Shown here in pieces: positions 46,082-64,000 of a DNA stretch of 64,000 bases (the first letter of the stretch is position 1; each line of letters begins with the position of its first letter). The position numbers were made by a program, and so were the translations under genes. The notes under the pieces are model-generated. The model saw nothing but the letters and a program-made list of their open reading frames with translations, searched no databases and was not told the origin of the DNA. Where the stretch lies: positions 224,001 through 288,000 of the forward strand of contig CBDBCZ010000014.1 of the NCBI GenBank assembly GCA_965203295.1. Reading direction: 5' to 3'. The stretch is from Nitrospirales bacterium (GTDB lineage: Bacteria > Nitrospirota > Nitrospiria > Nitrospirales > UBA8639).

Positions 46082-48786
46082 GGCTGACTCGCGCAAACAT
46101 CCAGTCGCTCCGCCAAATTATCAAGATCGACAGGAAGTTAAAAACGTAAGCACACATTCCAATATAATTAACGGCATCAACACAAGTTGCAATATCATGG
46201 GAACGCCCAGCTTTAAACCCAATGCTAACCCTACGACCCTTACCCTAAAAGGTCAGACCATGGGTCCGAGGTCTGGGCACGAGACTGAAGCCATGCGTTT
46301 ACGTTAATGTCATTTTGGTCTCGTGCCTTGCCAAAATTTCCGTCATTTTAATGTAGCCAGCCGTTCACTATAGGCTTGCAGCAGATGAGAGTGTGGGTCG
46401 AGGCCAGCAATTGGGCAAGTATACCATCCATCAAATGCCATTCATCCCACTCCATTTGTTCAACGCTCTCGTCCCACGCGACACTAGAGGGTGTGGCTTG
46501 CGGGACTCTGTTCTCGTCACAGTAGTCTCGTGCCCAGCCGGAAATTTCACCATGGATAATTCCGAGCGAAGCGAGGCTATACTCCGGTTCCATTGACCTT
46601 TTTCGTCGTCGTCGTCATGGTCCACGTCCCTCCCAGCCACTTCTCCAGACATATAGCCTACCAAACTCGCAGCAAACACTTACCTTCGTTACAGAACTCT
46701 GTACGAGAGACTTGGAAGCGCTCACTATTACACCGGGCCTGCTTCAGCCTGTGGTCTTCCAGGCGCAATATTACACATAGCCATTTTTTATTTGGGGTTG
46801 TAGGCGTGCCTTGTTACGCTTGACCTTTTCTGCTTGGTATGTGTGCCACAAAATATATGTGGCGCGACATAAAAATGTTTATCTATCAATCTATCTATCT
46901 ATATGTGCCACACCCAGCAATTCTCGCGAAGTGAGGACATCCCTGCACATTGTGTATCACTAGTATAGTACACGTGTACTATATTATCCATGGATGCATT
47001 TACCGCGTACCTGAAATTTTGCACAGCAAGTGAGTTGGACGGTCGTATCCAAGCTTCTGGAACGCTTCTAGAAAATCTCGATGGAGTCGAAGAACTAAAA
47101 CTCTATTGGGAACGGCCGTAGCTCCCAGACAGAAATTAGCCTACGACTAGATAAAGAGCGATCTCATTGGTTAGTGCGGGCCGCGGTTAAATTCTACCGC
47201 GAATGTGAGAAAATCTTGCCAGACGGACTTTCCGTGAAATCATGGATATTATAGTACACGTGTACTATATTATCCATGATGCATCACGCTGTGATGTGTG
47301 GGTAGTCTGTGCACGCCTTAAGCTTCCGGTGTGCATTGTCGCTTGTTTCGTTGGTTTTTGGGGAAGTGTTTTTGCTGGAAGTGCATCCCTACATGACTGG
47401 CTTGTGCACTTTTTGGAAAGTGCTTTTTCTGTAACTTAGGATATAGGATCGGGAGCAGACACGATCTGCTAGCGAAACCTGCCCAGTGCCGCGAGCTGAT
47501 GGTGTTAAGCTACTGGTAACTGTAGCACTGAATGAACATGTATTAAAGTGTACAGTGCATAGTGGGGCCATATTATCTATGGACTGAAATAGTAACTTGA
47601 AGAATTAATTGCTGTCAGTATGTTCTAAGGTCTCTGCTGAAGAGTGATGAGGTCCATCGTCCTCTTGTAGTAGAGCAGGAGCATCGGAGTGTAGTGCCAG
47701 CAAGCACTAAAGAACGCTATATTACACACGATGGACCTTTTCAACAAACCTTACATTCTGTTGGTTTGCTAGCTCAAAAACACAGCGGTTCCTCTCCCGT
47801 TCAGGCTGTCACTGAAGCTTCATATACGCACGTGCACGTGTTAAAGAAATTTATAGCAAGGGCGCAAATATAGAACATTGTGCATAGTTCCGGCACGGAC
47901 AGACAAAAAGCCCCAATTAAAATAACATTGTGCATTGCAAGTCATTTACAACAATTATAAATAACACAGTTTAAGTGTACATATACACTGTATTACAACT
48001 TCAGGTACAGCGGGGAATCAGTTACAAGTATATGTAGTACAACTCCAATATGTTTAGGTACATGCACTGTTTTGTCTCTACCGAAATGGCCAGACTTACT
48101 GATTTCTTCTCTTCTCTTCCATTCATGATCCATTACTTTGGCTCCTGCAAATATAATATGCATGAAGATTTATTAAAAGGACTACACTTCATGGATGCAT
48201 GACTTGGCTTTTCGCCTGACCGCTTGTTTCTTAATCTCTATAAGTTCATACTATATGCGCTCAGCTTGTAACTATACCCTTTTGACGATAAAAATAATCC
48301 GCTGTTACCCATTTAGTTTCTCCATCACAGACAACCCACAGATAAAAACAGCAGTGTGCTGCCCATGTAGATCTGATATTGTCAATTGTAATGAGATTAG
48401 CATTACTCCACAGCTGGTACGTACATTACTGGAAGTAGTATAGCATGCTTCTCAGCCAGGCATTAAAATACCCTTTTGTTAAGATTTCCTACCTGGTGGT
48501 AAGTTTATTAGTCCTTTGTGCTCTTTTCCAACAAAATGTTGCGACTGCAATAACCAATGATATGATGAGAACAGAGGCCACCACCGATGCTGTTATAGTT
48601 CCAGTAACACTGGTGCGTCCTATAAGAAGAACATTTCAGATGCTATACATGTACATCACATTGAAAAACTACAGAGCCATGCAAGGACAGCTAGGTATAG
48701 TAGCAAATTGTTTTATACAACCTCATGGTAGCCTACAAAATGTACAAAAAACAACTAACCATCTGGTGTGGGTTCAGGAGATACCA

Positions 48787-55104
<6,318 letters not shown>

Positions 55105-55841
55105 GGCTGACTCGCGCAAACATCCAGTCGCTCCGCCAAATTATCAAGATCGACAGGAAGTTAAAAGCGTAAGCACACATTCCAATATAATTAACGGCAT
55201 CAACACAAGTTGCAATATCATGGGAACGCCCAGCTTTAAACCCAATGCTAACCCTACGACCCTTACCCGAGGTCTGGGCATGAGACTGAAGCCATGCGTT
55301 TATGTTCATGTCATTTTGATCTCGTGCCTTGCCAAAATTTCCGTCATTTTAATGTAGCCAGCCGTTCACTATAGGCTTGCAGCAGATGAGAGTGTGGGTC
55401 GAGGCCAGCAATTGGGCAAGTATACCATCCATCAAATGCCATTCATCCCACTCCATTTGTTCAACGCTCTCGTCCCACGCGACACTAGAGGGTGTGGCTT
55501 GCGGGACTCTGTTCTCGTCACAGTCCAGCCGGAAATTTCACCATGGAGCGAAGCGAGGCTATACTCCGGTTCCATTGACCTTTTTCGTCGTCGTCGTCAT
55601 GGTCCACGTCCCTCCCAGCCACTTCTCCAGACATATAGCCTACCAAACTCGCAGCAAACACTTACCTTCGTTACAGAACTCTGTACGAGAGACTTGGAAG
55701 CGCTCACTATTACACCGGGCCTGCTTCAGCCTGTGGTCTTCCAGGCGCAATATTACACATAGCCATTTTTTATTTGGGGTTGTAGGCGTGCCCTGTTACG
55801 CTTGACCTTTTCTGCTTGGTAGGTGTGCCACAAAATGTATG

Positions 55842-58800
55842 ATAGATAGATAGATAATCATTTTTACGTCCCACCACATGGCAGCAGGCCAAATACGGCC
55901 TATGAGACCACACAAAAGAATACAATATGTACAAAAGGATAAGATTATATGGAGAGAGAATAAGGAATATAAGAGAAGAGGGATAGGGTGAGAGTGCGGT
56001 AATAGAGCTAACGATTTTTTTTTTTTTCTTTGTTTTTTTTTTTTTTTTTTTTTTCAACACTGAACGAGGACCAAGACCACACCATATCTAAATTACACAA
56101 TAGACATAAGGACTGGTATGAAGAGTAGATACAGTAAACACATAATACATAAAACCTGTTAAGACTATAAAGGAGCACTATCGCAAAAACTTTACATTGA
56201 GTTGGATGGAGTATACAAAACAGGATTTATAGGGCAACAAGAAAGAGAATGATCTTACTAAAGTATGATGGGTTCCAGAATGAAGATTCTGCTATGGTAC
56301 ATATACGTAATGTGAATAGAGATATTGCTGTATAATCTGATTCGATGAACACGGTGCAGGGCCATTGGCAGATGCATACAAGAGCATGAGGTTCTAGTAG
56401 AGCACCCAGCAAAAACATAAAGGAGCATTTATTGCAAAGTTCTAACTGGATTGGTGGAATATAAACACCTGGATTTGAAAAAGGGCAACAGTGAACTTTC
56501 CAAAGTAGTGAGAAATATTCCACTATGGCACATAATGTGTGTGATATGTACAGATCGAGTATAAACTGATTTGGTGATGGTGTTTCAGCTAATAAGAGTA
56601 TATGAGGTTCTGGTGAAGCACATGTTAAAAACATAAGGTGGAATATAAAAATTTGAAAAGGGGGCAACAAGTGAGCGAGTGATCTTTGAGAGGTAGTGCG
56701 TACAGAGATATTGCTAGCATAAAACTTATTTCATAAAGACGGTGCGGGTCCTTTTAGTGTGTTTTTTTTTTTTTTTTTTTTTCTTTTCTTTTCTTTTATA
56801 GTTAGCTTTAGGGAGGTAGTATATAGAAGAAGGGAGAGAAGGGGAGAAGGAAGAGAAGGAGGGAGGTGAGGGGGAATGAAGAGATGAAAGAGGAAGAGAG
56901 TAAGGTGATAAGGGTAGGGGGAGGTTACAGATTCTAAAGAACAGAAAGGAAAAATAATAATAATAATAATAATAAAATACCAATAAAAAGGACGATCAGG
57001 GAACAAACATGCATAAAAGATTAACAAGCAGAATGCGGGTAATGGATACTAATTAATGGGAACCACATAACAGAGACTTCCTGAGGATAAACATTTCATT
57101 TATAGCCTTGCCTATGTCCAAAGACTGAGAGCAGGATTGCAGCAGAAGGATGGTTCTGTTTATTGGGCTCATTGCAAAGAAGCTTGCACTGTCCATTCCC
57201 CAGAAACTGATTGCCACTGCATACATTTTTAAACGAGATTCTAACAGGGGGACACATGAGTTGAGAAAGTGACACTCATCTCCAACTCCCTTCTGGCATA
57301 TTTGACAAATCCTTTGTTGTAATGGTGTTTTGGGGGTTCTGTATCGCCCAGATTCGACTTCTAATGGGAGACATCCACACCTCAGTAATGTTATGATCCT
57401 GCGACGGTTTATGCAGGTTACCTCCATATATGGTTCAGGACATGGCTCGTGTTTTATTTGGCGATAGTAGAATAGACGGCCACCAGACTCCGATCGTGGA
57501 GGGATGACGTTGACTGCCTCCGCCCACTCGGTCATTTCCTCCTCCATAATAGCTTCCCACAGTTTGCTGGGCTGCTGTGGCTGTTGTGGCGGCAGATGCA
57601 GAGAGTTCAGGAGAGAGGCCGTCCGGCTTGCCCAGTTTGACACACCTGAGTCTGCAAGGGACTTACTCCAAGCATATATCAAACTGGTCACCCTATCACC
57701 TGGCATTTCTAGTAAGCGGCAGTGGAACTTCAAAATATTAAATTTAACAGTGGCTCTAAAAGGAACCCACCCCGTTTCTCCAAATAATCCAACGATTGGG
57801 CAAGCCTTCCCCACCCCCAGGAAAAATCTTAAGGCTTTATATTGTACCCCAAGTATCTCAGAAAACTGTTTGTGGCCCCAGATGAAGGAATTTGCCATTA
57901 CAATGGATTGCACTAATTGATTAAAGAGTAACGTATATGACTTGAAATGTAATCCCCCACAGCTTCTAACTCGATAATTAAGGAGGTCAAGAGCTCTGTT
58001 AGCCTTCCTACTTATCTCCCGTACCATGGCACCCCAGTCCAGATGCTCATTCACTAGTAAACCTAAATACTTGTATTCATTTGCATACTGAATGTCTCCG
58101 TTATTGAATTTAAAGCAGAAAGTAGACCTTGGCCTAGATTTTAATCTCTTCCGGAAGTGAATGATCTTAGTTTTAGTGAGGTTTAAACCCATTTCCCACC
58201 CCTCACACCATTTAGCTACTGTATTAATTAGACCCTGTAGATTTCTCTCACTTGGGGCAATCAACACTATATCATCCGCGTAAAGTAGTGTGGATAACAT
58301 CCCACCATTAATGTCTATCCCCAAGTTCTGTGCAAGCAGATCTGCCGACAAGTCGTCAATAAACATAGCAAATAGCGTTGGAGACAATATACACCCTTGC
58401 TTGACCCCACTGTGGACTTCAAAATAGTCAGTGAGGGAGTGATTGATATCTACTGAGCATAGAACATTGTCATAAAGCGTCCTTAAGGCATACAAGAAGG
58501 TACCATTGATATTATATCTAACTGATAGCTTGTGCCACAGTAGCTTTCTGTTCACGCAGTCGAAAGCTTTCCTAAAATCGATAAAACATACAAATGTATC
58601 TTTCTTACGACCCATACGATTTTCAATTGATGACAGGAGAGAGAAGATGTGGTCTTGGCAGCACCTTTCACTTCGAAATCCATTCTGCTCATCACAAAGG
58701 CCATTGTTCTCATCAAGCCACACTGTTAGTCTATTATTTAAAATCCTACAATATGATTTTGCTACGAAGGATTGAAGAGATATGCCCCTGTAGTCTCCTG

Positions 58801-58868
58801 GAACTTGTGAATTCGCCTTAGCTTTGGGTATTGGTTTAATGACCGCCCTAGACCATGTTCCTGGTATG
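55842..58868 (-). mobile_element. 5'-truncated non-LTR retrotransposon: uninterrupted RT + Cys/His motif, ~1.2-kb 3' UTR, (ATCT)n tail
   Basis: ORF 58879-57053 with DYRGISL, QNGFR, DFRKAFD, GVKQG..SP, YADD, YKYLG, CQIC...HFLNSC; absent from the equivalent unit-1 site (~46855); GTATG at both junctions (55837-55841, 58864-58868). Confidence 0.93.
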
Positions 58869-60422
58869 TGGCGCGACATAAAAATGTTTATCTATCAATC
58901 TATCTATCTATATGTGCCACACCCAGCAATTCTCGCGAAGTGAGGACATCCCTGCACATTGTGTATCACTAGTATAGTACACGTGTACTATATTATCCAT
59001 GGATGCATTTACCGCGTACCTGAAATTTTGCACAGCAAGTGAGTTGGACGGTCGTATTCAAGCTTCTGGAACGCTTCTAGAATGGCTATATAAATATTAG
59101 GCTCTTCAAAATCTCGATGGAGTCGAAGAACTAAAACTCTATTGGGAACGGCCGTAGCTCCCAGACAGAAATTAGCCTACGACTAGATAAAGAGCGATCT
59201 CATTGGTTAGTGCGGGCCGCTGTTAAATTCTACCGCGAATGTGAGAAAATCTTGCCAGAAATACTTTCCGTGAAATCATGGATATTATAGTACACGTGTA
59301 CTATATTATCCATGATGCATCACGCTGTGATGTGTGGGTAGTCTGTGCACGCCTTAAGCTTCCGGTGTGCATTGTCGCTTGTTTCGTTGGTTTTTGGGGA
59401 AGTGTTTTTTGCTGGAAGTGCATCCCTACATGACTGGCTTGTGCACTTTTTGGAAAGTGCTTTTTCTGTAACTTAGGATATAGGATCGGGAGCAGACACG
59501 ATCTGCTAGCGAAACCTGCCCAGTGCCGCGAGCTGATGGTGTTAAGCTACTGGTAACTGTAGCACTGAATGAACATGTATTAAAGTGTACAGTGCATGAG
59601 CAACAATACTAGTGATATGCAGGGCATAGTGGGGCCATATTATCTATGGACTGAAATAGTAACTTGAAGAATGAATTGCTGTCAGTATGTTCTAAGGTCT
59701 CTGCTGAAGAGTGATGAGGTCCATCGTCCTCTTGTAGTAGAGCAGGAGCATCGGAGTGTAGTGCCAGCAAGCACTAAAGAACGCTATTACGCACGATGGA
59801 CCTTTTCACAAGCACGTAAGTCAAAAATAAAGGAACTGTGTAGCTCTTTCCTTTCTTTTAACTATGACATCAAGCTCACTGGGCACAGTTGTGGCAAGCC
59901 ATATAGCGACAACAGAGGCAATACCCTGGGGCCGATTGATGACACCCATGTCTGGTAGCTACTGATATGCTATTTAGCTAGCAAACTATGCTGGTCTTCT
60001 AACAAACCTTACATTCTGTTGGTTTGCTAGCTCAAAAACACAGCGGTTCCTCTCCCGTTCAGGCTGTCACTGAAGCTTCATATACGCACGTGCACGTGTT
60101 AAAGAAATTTATAGCAAGGGCGCAAATATAGAACATTGTACATATAGTTCCGGCACGGACAGACAAAAATTCCAGAGTCAACTCGCTAGTGTGGGGCTCG
60201 CTCAGGCTCGCCCCAATTAAAATAACATTGTGCATTGCAAGTCATTTACAACAATTATAAATAACACAGTTTAAGTGTACATGTACACTGTATTACAACT
60301 TCAGGTACAGCGGGGAATCAGTTACAAGTATATGTAGTACAACTCCAATATGTTTAGGTACATGCACTGTTTTGTCTCTACCGAAATGGCCAGACTTACT
60401 GATTTCTTCTCTTCTCTTCCAT

Positions 60423-64000
<3,578 letters not shown>

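Noticed and set aside
46431..46830. ORFs and an AG|GTAAGT donor upstream of the receptor gene
   Set aside because: Frames are not conserved between units 1 and 2; at most a 5' UTR exon or repeat fragment
57053..58879. Retron, DGR or group II intron RT system
   Set aside because: LINE-type RT with C-terminal Cys/His motif, simple-repeat tail and an empty site in unit 1; no template/variable repeat pair seen

Overview
Intron-rich animal genomic DNA; gene families and repeat content suggest a demosponge (inference only). It holds: (1) the 3' part of a divergent IP3-receptor-family channel (+, ends 9545) whose pore filter lacks the canonical GGGxGD; (2) a complete ~23-kb gene (+, 11636-34726) for a signal-peptide/beta-helix-like/Cys-rich/multi-pass membrane protein, whose introns carry a 48-bp minisatellite built from its own splice donor, a decayed full-length LINE, a tRNA-like element and several MITEs; (3) a minus-strand tandem array of ~9-kb units encoding an IgGFc-binding + Calx-beta + TM receptor. 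Only the most downstream copy is joined to a Met/Ron/Axl-like tyrosine kinase. Copy 2 is predicted to stop before the TM and copy 3 to be membrane-anchored without a kinase, which suggests a signalling/soluble/decoy receptor set or alternative ectodomain cassettes sharing one kinase. Exons were read by hand from GT-AG signals and phase; no searches were run.
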